Below, piece after piece: positions 31,137 to 42,428 of a stretch of DNA of 64,000 nucleotides. The position numbers were made by a program, and so were the translations under genes. The stretch comes from Cirrosporium novae-zelandiae (Eukaryota): NCBI GenBank assembly GCA_026023565.1, contig JAPETS010000003.1, forward strand, positions 1,240,001 to 1,304,000. The letters run 5' to 3'. Position 1 is the first letter of the stretch; the number at the start of each line of letters is the position of its first letter. The notes below the pieces were generated by a model, which saw only the letters and a list, made by a program, of their open reading frames with translations, did not search any database and was not told the origin of the DNA.

Positions 31137-34052
31137 CTACTTCTTCTTCCCCCTCGGCTTCCTAGCCCATCCTTCCAAACACCTCCACCCCGCTCCACAA
31201 TTCCTTCCCTCTTCCACCAGCGCCCCCATATGCTCCAACAAGTGTCCCTCCTCTTTCCCTATCTCCATATGTAACTTCAACATCCACTGTTCCCACATCC
31301 ACCCCCCTACAAGTCCCACCACAGTCGCCGCCGCGGCTGTCGATCCTACAGGTCCTTGGACTGCCTCAACACTGCTTCTAACGCTTCTAGGCTCAGGTTC
31401 GGGTGTTTCACGGAGAGGGGATGGCGTTACTGTCGCTGGAGCACCTACGGGAAGGAATAGCCACGCTCGCTTGACGTTTGAGAAGCCAGATTTTCGTAGC
31501 CTGCTTATCCAGGATTTAGTCGGAGAGTGATCATAACCCATTGTTTTAAGGTTGAACGCAAATTCCACGGAGGCAGCCAGACCCAATGAGCCAGCGCGAA
31601 TTATCTCTGCATCCTGGACAAAATATTCTAAATATCCTCCTGGCTTGAGCACGCGAAAGCATTCTTGAAGACAGAGATCGTATTCGTCAAGAACATTTTC
31701 TCCATCTGGTCTCTGGGACTTGAGGTTCATGTGCAGAGTTCTAGCTGAGATGACATCGAAGTGGCAATCAGGGAAAGGAAGTTTCCAAAAATGAGATACA
31801 GAGACGTGCCGATGGTTATGAGGCCCTTTGATATCGCTGTTGATGACCTGTTGCTTTGTAACGACAGTATAGACTTTGACGTTTCGATAAGCATGAGCAC
31901 AAAACCAACCCCAATCGCATGCTGCCTGCCCTCCCAAATCCAGGGCCCTTGTTCTTTTCATAGGCGCGTTCGGTATCGGTGGAAATAGAGTTCCGGCATT
32001 AGCTAGACGCTTTGTTGCAGGGCTGATGACTAGTTTTCCACTATGATAATATTTCATAGCTTGGACTATCCACATTGAGACGCAAATTTGTTCTAAGGTC
32101 TGCCGCTCTTTCTCTACTCGAGCAAAGACCTTTTGTTCCGGCGTCAGTTCCTGCTCCTCTTTCTTCGTGCCAGGCATCAAGGAGATCGGTCTGGGTGGTG
32201 AAGGACGATCTGGATTACTGATTTCGTATCTTCCATGCAACTGGTCTAGATGAGTGTTACCAAGACAGACACGAGAGGCCTGAACAGCGTCATATCTTGC
32301 TTGGGCATGCACAAACGCATCTCGTTTCTTGGTTGACTCAGAAATATGTTGGAATCCACGCAAGAAGATGGGCTCTTTTTTTTGAGCTTCTGGAGCTCGT
32401 GTTTCCTCAGGAACAGCAGCAGCTTCGCTTTCCAAAAACCTGACAGCTTTTTTCATAGGCGAATCAAGAGAATCATCGCGAACGTGCTTGCTCGAACGTT
32501 TTGATTCTGCGGAGACGGGAGTGGCTGGCTCTGGATCGTTGACTGGATTTGTTTCCTTTAAAGCAGCTAGGTAAGCCTCTTGTTGCGCCAACCACGTGCC
32601 AGTGCGATCAAGGTTCGCAGATCCTAATTGTCGAAGCTCTCGATCGTAATCTTCATCGTACTCTATAACTAACTCAGTGGTTTTGATCTCATCAACATCT
32701 CCATCATCCTGGGCTGAAGCTCTGAACAGGGATGCTTGCCGAGCGGTTGGTGGCCCTTCGGTTTCGTTTTCTGATACTTCAACAATCCGCTCGACTGGAC
32801 GACTTGGTGACGTATTCCATGGGGCGCTGTAGAAACGTTCTGCGGTCGCCGAAGACGGCGGATTATTGCTTGACGGGAAGCTCCAAGTATATCGTGCACC
32901 TTTGCTCAAAGAGGCGAAGAACCCTCCAGGAGAAGGGATACTTATTGGAGCAAGACTACTACTTCCATTCGAAGGCATTGACGCAGGAGTGACATTTCCT
33001 ACACTTGCGGGCCGTCTCCGTGAGAATGGAAGCTCTTGCATTTCTTCCTGGGTTGACTGATCAGTTGAAGCTGACTTTGATCCGAGACCCGGGCTCGTTT
33101 GATCTAAGGTGAGATGTTGTAAGGTTTCCAAGGCCGCGGGAGGAAGAAGCACTCCTCCGTTCTGCATAAGGGAGGCATCAATAATTTGTGCTTCGGGTGG
33201 ATGCGGTGAGAGGGGCAATTCACCGTGTTCAGGGAACACAAATTCCGAATGAGGACGGCTATGTCCGTCCACGGGGTAAACTATCTCGGGTGTTGCAGGC
33301 GTTATTGCACTTGTGATATGATCTACTGAACCAGGATCTCCTCCATGATTAGGATTGTGACTCCATTGAGCTGTTCCATTTCCGCCAAGTTGCATGTCGG
33401 GAGTATCCGGGGCACTGCAATTTGTCACTTGGTCTGATGTCAGGCTTCCGTCTAGGGAAGGTGGCGCATTGGCTGCAGGAACATCTTTGTTTAGCAGTGA
33501 GAGAATTGCAGGTGACACTGGTATTTTTGGAGGAGGTGTTGGAGGTACCGGAGAAGATAGCTTGTGCATGGCGTAGCTGCTCGGCCACTTGTTTGGAGAT
33601 GGTATTGTTAAAGATGGGTACCGATTACGGTGTCCCACTGAACTCGTCATTGAACTTGTCGAAGATCGTTGAGTTGAAAAAGTACTTTCACTCAGGGGAC
33701 GTTCTCGAAATCGAGGGCTAGGGCTTCGACTCGCAGATACCTCTTTCTCATCATCCGTGATATCATAAAGCTCGTTAAAAACTGGTGACTGTTTTCCTTT
33801 ATTTGTCGTGTACAATTGACCGTGTGGGGGAGAGCTCAATTTAGCCTTGCCATTTCTCTGCTTTACGCCAACACCAACGTCCTTCGTCGCCGAGGCACCA
33901 TCAACACTCATCCGGCCGCTTGTACGGGCTCTCCGCCGCAATTCATGGATTGATTCCTGTACATCATCCTCAATTATTGTATTAAGAGCCACATTCTGGA
34001 CCTGCCAAGAAGGGGCCTGGTAAGCTGTCGGTGGCAAGGTATAAAAATCCAT
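31137..34052 (-). CDS. Large Ser/Pro-rich protein with a C-terminal class I SAM-dependent methyltransferase-like domain
   Basis: RALDLGG, LPFPDCHFDVISAR, ECFRVLKPGGYLEY. The first ATG (MDFY) is at 34052; the ORF-track start at 34067 is GTG. Confidence 0.88.
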   Translation of the reverse strand: MDFYTLPPTAYQAPSWQVQNVALNTIIEDDVQESIHELRRRARTSGRMSVDGASATKDVGVGVKQRNGKAKLSSPPHGQLYTTNKGKQSPVFNELYDITDDEKEVSASRSPSPRFRERPLSESTFSTQRSSTSSMTSSVGHRNRYPSLTIPSPNKWPSSYAMHKLSSPVPPTPPPKIPVSPAILSLLNKDVPAANAPPSLDGSLTSDQVTNCSAPDTPDMQLGGNGTAQWSHNPNHGGDPGSVDHITSAITPATPEIVYPVDGHSRPHSEFVFPEHGELPLSPHPPEAQIIDASLMQNGGVLLPPAALETLQHLTLDQTSPGLGSKSASTDQSTQEEMQELPFSRRRPASVGNVTPASMPSNGSSSLAPISIPSPGGFFASLSKGARYTWSFPSSNNPPSSATAERFYSAPWNTSPSRPVERIVEVSENETEGPPTARQASLFRASAQDDGDVDEIKTTELVIEYDEDYDRELRQLGSANLDRTGTWLAQQEAYLAALKETNPVNDPEPATPVSAESKRSSKHVRDDSLDSPMKKAVRFLESEAAAVPEETRAPEAQKKEPIFLRGFQHISESTKKRDAFVHAQARYDAVQASRVCLGNTHLDQLHGRYEISNPDRPSPPRPISLMPGTKKEEQELTPEQKVFARVEKERQTLEQICVSMWIVQAMKYYHSGKLVISPATKRLANAGTLFPPIPNAPMKRTRALDLGGQAACDWGWFCAHAYRNVKVYTVVTKQQVINSDIKGPHNHRHVSVSHFWKLPFPDCHFDVISARTLHMNLKSQRPDGENVLDEYDLCLQECFRVLKPGGYLEYFVQDAEIIRAGSLGLAASVEFAFNLKTMGYDHSPTKSWISRLRKSGFSNVKRAWLFLPVGAPATVTPSPLRETPEPEPRSVRSSVEAVQGPVGSTAAAATVVGLVGGWMWEQWMLKLHMEIGKEEGHLLEHMGALVEEGRNCGAGWRCLEGWARKPRGKKK

Positions 34053-35390
34053 TCGGATTTGAAGCACGTATAAAATTCACCAGTGATATCGTGAAATCCA
34101 GCTCATGATCCGGTATAAAAAATTGACTATAGTAAGCAAGGAAACTATTAGATCCGCCCAGCGGAGATGCATGCAGATGATAAATAAAAGAAACTGGAAA
34201 GCAAAAATGAAAGAAGAGGAAGATAATCAGAAGAGGGATATAGGGAATTGAGAGGCCTAAGTACGACTAGACCGTCACTGTTTAGGAGGGAGATGAATGG
34301 GGGAGGATGCCAGTTGGCGGTCATGATGGTCAGATTGCGGCGCGTTCGGATCTGCAGATTCATGCCAGGGCATCTGTACAAACTGGATTCCTGCCGATTT
34401 CCTGTGAAACATGGCTTATCAAGAGGACAGTCAGAATTCGATTGGACATTGTCTCAAGAACACAGAGAAAAGTGGATTGGGACGAGCGCATCGCTGAAGA
34501 AAGACTACGTAGTTTCTTGATCGCAAAGGTAAAGGAAATGAAGAGAAGTTAGTATGGTATCCAATGAAGCCATTCATGACTAGTTGCTCAGCGAGACGCT
34601 ACTTGATGAATGCAAGAGCTTGAAAGTTGTACCGGTTAATCAAGCAAATTGATTGGAGTTCGGGATCCAAAGAGATGGTGTTGGTGTTAGGATGTGTACC
34701 TCTAAGCGCTGAATTTCTAAATTGAGAACAATAGTCTGGCGCGTGGAAGAAATACTATGTAGATGCTCGGAACCTTATGGTTTGTTAAGGTATTAATTAA
34801 AATTCCTAGGTATCTTCTTTCAGGCTGTCATGTATATATTATATTGCATCGAGACTTTGGACGTCTGATACTTTGGTTAAATGCTTCGTTGTTTACATAG
34901 GTCCTTTCTAGTGGAGGTTGGTCGAAGCACGTGATGCCTGAGGCAGCAATTACCCTACACTAACTAACCCTAAGCTAATTAGCTACAAATTGACAAATAC
35001 CTAAGAGCCAAGAGGCTGAGGAAATGCTACCTTAGGGACCTACTCAAGTTATTATATTTGACTACACTACAAGTATCAATTTCGATTGAGGATTTTAAGT
35101 CAGAATTATCTAATCAAGATTTACTGCGGAATTTCCTCGTCAAATAATTAGTTAATACGGATTCAATTATTGTGTTAATATATGTGGATATTTTCTTTAG
35201 TCTCTGATGTTGCACCCAAGCCGAGTCTCATCGTAGCTTGCCGTCATGGCTCCTCCTCTACTGATCTCACCCCACCATTCTCTCTCTCCATCGTCTAAGC
35301 TACAGTGGCTTCTAGAAGTAGAATTTTTCTCCAAAACTTCTCCATAAAGCAATCCTTTTTCACCACAAAATTATTTACAAATCAATCATC

Positions 35391-36291
35391 ATGGCACCAC
35401 CTTCAATCATAGCCCCTTCGATCCTTTCGGCTGACTTCGCTGCTTTTGGGTCAGCATGTTCCAAAACCATGGACGACGGAGCCGATTGGCTCCACGTCGA
35501 CATCATGGATGGGCATTTTGTGCCAAATATTACTTTTGGAGCACCCGTAGTAACAAAAATCCGTTCACATGTGGCCAGACCAGATGTTGCGTATGGGAGA
35601 GGAACATTTGATTGCCATATGATGATTGCTGAGGTACTTAGATGATTATGTCTACAGCCTATATTGTTCAACTGAATACTGAGAATACTGGATATAGCCA
35701 AAACGCTGGGTCCGGGATTTCCAAAAAGCAGGTTGTGATCTCTATTGCTTCCACTACGAAGCCGCTGTTACATCCACTGCTGCCGACAATCCATTTGACA
35801 CCGTCGAGGCAAAGACAAATCCCAAAGAATTGATTCGATTCATTCATTCCTTGGGCATGCAGGCGGGTATTGCCCTGAAGCCTGAAACTTCTGTTGACGT
35901 ACTTTGGCCAATACTAGAGAATGACGTGAAGGAGGAGTATCCAGACGTGAGTTCCCTGATTTTCCATAACCGGAGATAAGAGGATATGTCATGTACAGAT
36001 AAATGCTAATGTCGTTATTAGATGGTACTTATAATGACAGTCCATCCTGGCTTTGGTGGCCAAAAATTCATGGCCTCGGAACTCCCTAAAGTAACCGCTG
36101 TACGGGAGCGATACCCTGACATGAACATCGAAGTTGATGGTGGGTTGGGTGTGGGAACAATCGACCAGGCAGCAGATGCGGGTGCTAATGTTATCGTGGC
36201 GGGAAGTGCAGTGTTTGGAGCTAAGGATCCCAAGGAAGTTATTGATCGGCTGAGAGAGGCAGTGGAAAAAAGAAGAGGAACAAAAATATAA
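35391..36291 (+). CDS. RPE1: Ribulose-phosphate 3-epimerase; exons 35391-35633, 35698-35946, 36022-36291
   Basis: [60 protein letters not shown]; two phase-0 introns. Confidence 0.97.
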
Positions 36292-36652
36292 ACCTTGGCG
36301 ATTGGAGTATAGGGGTAAATGGGAATTTGGAAATACACGAATATAGATGATGTGAATGAATGAATAGATGGACTAAATAGGGAGCATTTGAAAATGCTAG
36401 ACTTCTAGACCAAGACAAATAAAGGCTCGGGGATATCGTTTACCACCATTTAACGTAGAGTATAATGGACAACAAATTCCAGCAAATATCATGGGGTTCG
36501 TTCATACGACCAGGACCGGCCCTTCCACTGCCGTACAAACGCACCCACAGAATCTTGTCAATGCCTCCATTCGACTCCCGTCTCAAGCATGTAGCCGAAC
36601 ATAAAGATGTTTTTTGTTTTTCAATTCTAGCCTCCATCTAATTGTGAGTTAT

Positions 36653-37824
36653 TTAATCCTCCACATTTTCTGCTTGCTTTTCTGCATTTGCCACTGGTTG
36701 ATCCTGGGTCCTTTCCTTCCCATCGACTGGCTCCTTGAAGTCCTTCTTTGCCTTCTTTTTCTCGCTATCATCTGCAGCTTCATCTACAGCTTCATCAGCC
36801 CCTTCGTCTTCCTCTGGAATTTTATCCTTAGCCTCTACGGCAGCAATCTCCTCTTTGCTTGCGTTCGAAACGCTACTTCCGCGTCGTTCGTACCAACGCT
36901 CTGTTTCGGGGTCTATTTCTGTGGACTTACGTGACGCGGAAGACTGGGGACGTTCAGACGAGGAGGGAGGTTTTGAGGGAACCGGAGAGGACGAAACTAC
37001 GGCTTTTGCTGAGGGTGAAGGGCTTGAGGGGGTATCTTCGGGGGCCTTCCTTGAATCTAGCTCAGCTTTAGGTTTTTCTGTCGTAGTAGACTCCCTAGAT
37101 TTGCTAGGTGGGGATTTGAGAGCTTCCGCGATCTTTATTTTCCCGTCCTTAGCAATCTTCGCCGCTTCCTCGCCTGCCCGGCGGAGTGTGAGAGTTATAG
37201 AGGATTCAGCTGGCTCGGGTTTGGCACCAGACTCCTTCTCTTTTTCCGAAGACTCCCCGGGCGTTGCTTTGACAACTTCCGGGGCTTTTGATTTGGCCGG
37301 TTCTGGAGCTTTTGCAGGATGAGAGATAGTTGGTTTCAAAGGAGCAATCTTAGACGCAGAAGGCAAAGAAACGTCAGGTACAGGGCCAATGTTCTCTTTA
37401 AGTTCGCCATATTCATTCCACTCTTCTATTTGTTCGAGGTCCTATAGAACTAATGAGCAAGTAATAAATTGCAAATATTATTTTCTTCTGAACTCGGCAC
37501 ATGGGGACATCAATTGGAAAAATAAAAGTGAAAGTGAAAAAGAGATTAAGCCCAAAGAAGTTTGTATCCTCGAAGATCACTTACCCCAACAATCATACCC
37601 ATTTTCACCAATCCCGGCAGCTTTCTCTTCCCCGCCCTACGTCCCCACAACATTCTAGCTTTCTCGTCCGTAGCGACATCTATAGCCCGAAACGGAATAC
37701 GATTTGCTTTGAGGATGGTCTCAAGCCGCGAGGTAGCGGTAATGATATGGGAGGAACCCGCGGTTAGGGACGTATATAGATACAACGCCGGGTCTGAAGA
37801 GTATGACTGCGTGGAGGATGCCAT
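36653..37824 (-). CDS. SH3BGR/glutaredoxin-like fold protein with a long acidic, Pro/Ser-rich tail; exons 37824-37585, 37441-36653
   Basis: LYLYTSLTAG...ETILKANRIPFRAIDVATDEKARMLW...KLPGLVK...G|DLEQIEEWNEYGELK; no CxxC motif; intron gtaagt...tatag. Confidence 0.82.
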
Positions 37825-40178
37825 CTTGTAGAGGGGTTGTATGATGGTGGGTAAGACGTTAGGAGTCGCTGTTAAATGCCTTGAAACTTGAAAAAAACAA
37901 AGTTCAGGCCTGTTCTAATCAGCTTAGACCTATAGGAGGCTATGAGAAAGAGTTGAGAGAAGAATATGGCAGGAAAATGATCAATCAATCAATCACATCA
38001 TATTGACAGTTGACAGCGAGGATGTTCCAGTTGTTCAGCCTTAGGAACTAACCCACTGTAGTTAGTGAAGTCATCGTCCTGACGTATCAAAGTTTAGTGT
38101 CAACTCGTTCTTGTCTACGAGACTACTTCCGAGCTTAATCTAACCCATTTCACTAAGTATGACATTTCTCTGTTTAGAAACTGCAGGTACATGATAATGG
38201 GGGAGTTTTTTTTTGAAAAAGTTGTCTTGGTTTAAAGTACCTTCTTATTTATTCAAACTTATCATGATAGCATTAAGGAGGCTTAGCAGTCTCGCAGAAA
38301 GAAGGCTAAGGATAATCCCACATTTAAATTGAATCAGGTTTTGCTTTTTGCTTGCTTGTCGTACTTGTTAGGAAGTCCACCACCTCATTGAATAGCCACG
38401 ATCCTCAAATCTTTTTTTCAAGGTTTGAAGTGGCTGAGTTTGGGAGCATGTTGGTAAGAGGTAGTTAAGCAAATTCCCATCAAGCTCAGTCCTAGACCAT
38501 TTCAAAAAAGCACCCATCCGTTACACCTACCATGTGTAGACCAAAATTGGGTTCCTGGACCACTACATGGTTTTTCAACGGGATGTTGGATCATTCCGGA
38601 CCCTCAGCGCCCTAAGGGAGAAAAGAGGGGAAAGAGAATCTACCCGATGGACACCACGCACTTCTAAACAAAAGCAAATCTGACGAACGCAATCACCAGG
38701 TAAATTGGCGTCATAACTTTTGCTTTTAGGCCCACTCTAGCTATATTTGTAGTGGTTAAACGGTTGACGGTGACCGTTAACATACCTGCTACACCCATCT
38801 AGTATGGTAGCACGTGATGTAATTAGAAAGGGGAGGCATGATACTAGCCAATAACATTCATACGAAGTTGACTCAATATATATCATGAGGAATAATGCCA
38901 TAGAAAAGGGTGAACCCGTGTGTTATGGGCGTTACCACCTTACCTACTACCATCAAGGAGAGACTAATGGTGGTGTAAATGAGGATGGGAATGAGCAATA
39001 GTCTCTATCCACAGCTCTTTGAATTACACCTTCCAAATAAGGCATCATCGAAGATCTGACAGCACACCCGGCACATCCGAGGAGTGAATGAAGAGACGAA
39101 GCAACGACTGGATGGATTTCTACTTCCATGTTTAATAATAAAACTGGACTTCGGATATTTCTCAGAGTAAAACCATAGAAAGTTTTCGTCAAAAGAACCG
39201 AAAAGCCACAATACAGTACCCTCAGTAGTTGGACCTTCTTAGCAGAACAGGAGATCCAGGGAATGAGTTGCGGAGCCCGAGAGAGAACCTGTGGAGCAGG
39301 AACAGCATCCCAGGCCCATGGCAATGGAAAAGGTCAGAATAGAACCTGGTGCTGGCATGACTAAATTGATTAGTACGTATCTCTGTATTCATGGCTGAAG
39401 CTTAGCAACGATGGAAATCACGAGTTGAGGGTAGACCTGTTCTAGTATTTTTTGAGAACAGATTCGGAGAATAAAGTGAAGATAGAGTCCAAGGGTAACT
39501 CTATACCTGTATTCACACGGTACGGGTAACACATGCACGTCAGCGATAGAAAACGGTAGAGTGTGATATCTCACTTTAGTTGCTACCAAGTACACAGTTA
39601 GACTAAGTACTAATTAAGTAAAAAGGTCTAAGCTCTAATATTAAATAGTGACTTACACCTTGGAAGAAGTGGGAAGAGTTAACCAAATAAAGTTGGCTGG
39701 TGAGCAGGAGGGGTCCAAATCCACATGTCAAGAAAAGGTCAAAAAGGCCAAAAAAGAAAAAAAGAAAAAAAGGGCTCCTGATTTGGATCATCTGCATGGA
39801 GGGGCCGTGGAACCTAGACTTTCAAGTCCCTCCACTTCAAGTGCGTTTGTCTCATCTGATAATGAGGGAAATTTAAGCCAAGTCCCCCTGAATCATTAAT
39901 GCAAATAATATCTCAAAGTTTGATATTAGATGCATGAGTTGGGTGAGTGGATGAGAGAAGGTGAATGGATGAATGGAAGAAGTGAGTGCAGGTAAGATAA
40001 AGTAAATAGCTAGGTTTTACCAAGCAGATAGGATGGTGTGGATGGTACCATGGATTAGATTGGGGTAGGTGGATGGATGGATAAGAAGTGGGATAAGAGT
40101 GGATGACTGTTTTCATTTTTCCTCCCTCTACCAAAGAAAGTTATTTCCTTGGCCAAGGTTGCTATCATCTCGCTTACC

Positions 40179-40192
40179 CCTCGGTGACGTCA
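40179..40192. promoter_or_regulatory. Perfect CRE palindrome (TGACGTCA) abutting a CCTCGG motif upstream of GLC8
   Basis: CCTCGG at 40179-40184 and TGACGTCA at 40185-40192, just before the pyrimidine-rich leader. Confidence 0.4.
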
Positions 40193-40327
40193 ATTCTGCT
40201 CAGGGAATTCAACCTTTTTTCCCAGTAGTTTCTTTTAACTGTGAATAGCATTTACAAGCCAACAAACCATTTACCAATAATTTCCCCCACACCAACCCAC
40301 ATCAATCCACGACCCCGAACCTGCAGT

Positions 40328-40351
40328 CTGCATTACTGCATTACTGCATTA
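40328..40351 (+). repeat. Tandem 8-mer (CTGCATTA)x3
   Basis: Three exact copies, preceded by a degenerate CTGCAGT. Confidence 0.85.
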
Positions 40352-41255
40352 CCGTAACACACTTTGCCTTCTTAAGCCATTTTTTGGGATCCCTCTGGTC
40401 CCATCTTGACCCATACTAAACCCTCATCACACCTATCTTCAGTCCTTTCGTCCACGTACATTGTAGTACTCTTGCCTTTATAGCTTTTATCCGTTTATCG
40501 AATCATTAGACTATTAACATCACATTTTTCTCTCAAAGTCACACGCTTCCTCCATTGACTTTATTTATCGCTAAGGAGCGGGAATAAACAGGCCACTGGA
40601 CAGGTTAAAAAGGAAAGTCTAATTATCATCCACAATACACACTGTACTTTAGTAGTTCAACGTACTTGCCCACTTGCCCAGCGAGAAAATCCATTCCGCA
40701 ATCGTTTGTCAATCGTTTGGCAATCTTTGGCCGTGCAGGAAACACAGAGAGAGACGTTTAATGTCGTTAGTTTGCCTTCTTTTCCTCATCGTCATCAAAC
40801 CCCATGGTCACCCTTTTTTTTTATCACCATCACTGTCACCATCATCCCATAACTCTCCCCAAACCAAAATAACCCAATTTTCTTTCTGTATTTCTTCGCA
40901 GCCTTTCGCTTCATAATTCCGAGTCTCTTGTGCACTTCAAAGCTGACCGCCACCCTCCAGAAATCTAGATCATCTGACTGTTCCTTGGGCTCCGGCAATT
41001 CATTCTACGTTGGCTTTCCGAACCTGTTCTTCCACCAGCTTCCAGAACGCAGCTTAATTTAACAGCCAAGCCCAACCTTCTAACCTTCTCTGTCCTTGAA
41101 TATTTTGCTTCCTACCGCTTGTGAATATAATATTACGGGTCGGGACATCGCTAGAACATTGAAAACATTATCTTGAAGTGACAGTAAACTTGCCACGGTT
41201 TTCACGTGCTTCTCCGTAAACTGCCCACCACTTGATTTTGCAAGTATTTGACAAG

Positions 41256-42428
41256 ATGACCCAACACATTCCACCAAAGCTGGGGAATCCCGAAACACCG
41301 AAACGTCCAAAGGGTAAGACCAATTTTTTGTTCAATTACTAACAAATGCTATTTTGAGAAAATTTTGGAAAGTGTGAATTTGATAGATTCGAACAGTTTT
41401 GTAACTCGTGAATGAAACTTGGCACTATTTGCGCTATTTCTAAGTTGTTGGTTACGCAATGTACTAATGATTTGTTATACAGGAATCCTTAAGAATAAGT
41501 CCGAGTCATACATTGCACCTCCTTCGGAAACCATCTCACCAGCGCGAGATGACCCTATTCCTGTTTCGCCTGAACACCATCGGGAACTTTCCGATAAGGA
41601 AATCACTCTACAAAATACCCTTCAGAATGCCGGACGACGTCGTTCATCCTCCAACGCTCGAGCTTCAGTCTCCCGTCGTACATCTAGCACAGCAGGTCTT
41701 ACTCCTCCGGGGGAGGAGGAAATTAATCCTTCCTTGAGATGGGATGAGGCAAATTTATACCTAAATGAACAGGATCGTACTGCAACTATGAAAATCACTG
41801 AACCAAAAACGCCTTACGCTGGACGTTATGATCCCGAAGAGGACGAGGCAGAAATGAGTATGCTCGATGCCCAGGAGCTTGTGGTGGATGAACTTGACAG
41901 AGTTGCTGCTAGCGGCTCACCTCCAAGCCAGGGTCATCGTCATCATAACATCCTCCACCGTCGTCGATCATCTAAAGGGGCTCGTGAAGATGATATCCCA
42001 GGCCTAGACATCGGAGAACCAGAAGAAGCGATACCAGCAATGCACAGACGTGGAAGTAATGATAGTGCCACAAATCGACACATCAGAAGTGGTAGTCTGA
42101 AGGGCGAGAAGGTAGCAACCGTAGAATCACTAGGTTCGGGACATGGCGAAGATGTCAATGTCAGTGCAGAAGAGAAGGAAAAGCATAAGCGATTTGAAGA
42201 GATGAGGAAAAAGCATTATGAAATGAGCAAGATTAGGCCTTTCCTTGGGTTAGTATTCTCCATTGTTTTGCTATCAGACTCATTTTAGGTAAGTAATAAC
42301 GTCGTGACTGATGATACATTGATAATAACAGACACCCTGAAAATATCGATGCCATGGCCGAAGATGAAGAGGAGCCCCCGGCAATGCCACAACTACCGAA
42401 GGGGGTCAATGGATCGAATTTCGCATGA
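41256..42428 (+). CDS. GLC8: Protein phosphatase 1 inhibitor-2 family regulator; exons 41256-41313, 41483-42248, 42332-42428
   Basis: PKG|ILKN formed across intron 1, [30 protein letters not shown]. Confidence 0.92.

Noticed and set aside
34053..34067. GTG start giving MLQIR before MDFY
   Set aside because: Poor context (T at -3), an in-frame stop four codons upstream, and only a 5-aa gain; cannot be supported without orthologues.
34964..34973. CTAACCCTAA, resembling a telomerase RNA template
   Set aside because: Only about 420 nt separate it from the RPE1 ATG, in a 1.3-kb divergent promoter, which leaves little room for a filamentous-fungal telomerase RNA. I saw no pseudoknot. More likely a promoter motif or chance.
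38953..40134. Several 64-123 aa ORFs in the long intergenic region
   Set aside because: Low-complexity or hydrophobic noise; trial splicing from the 39656 donor hits stops within a few codons.
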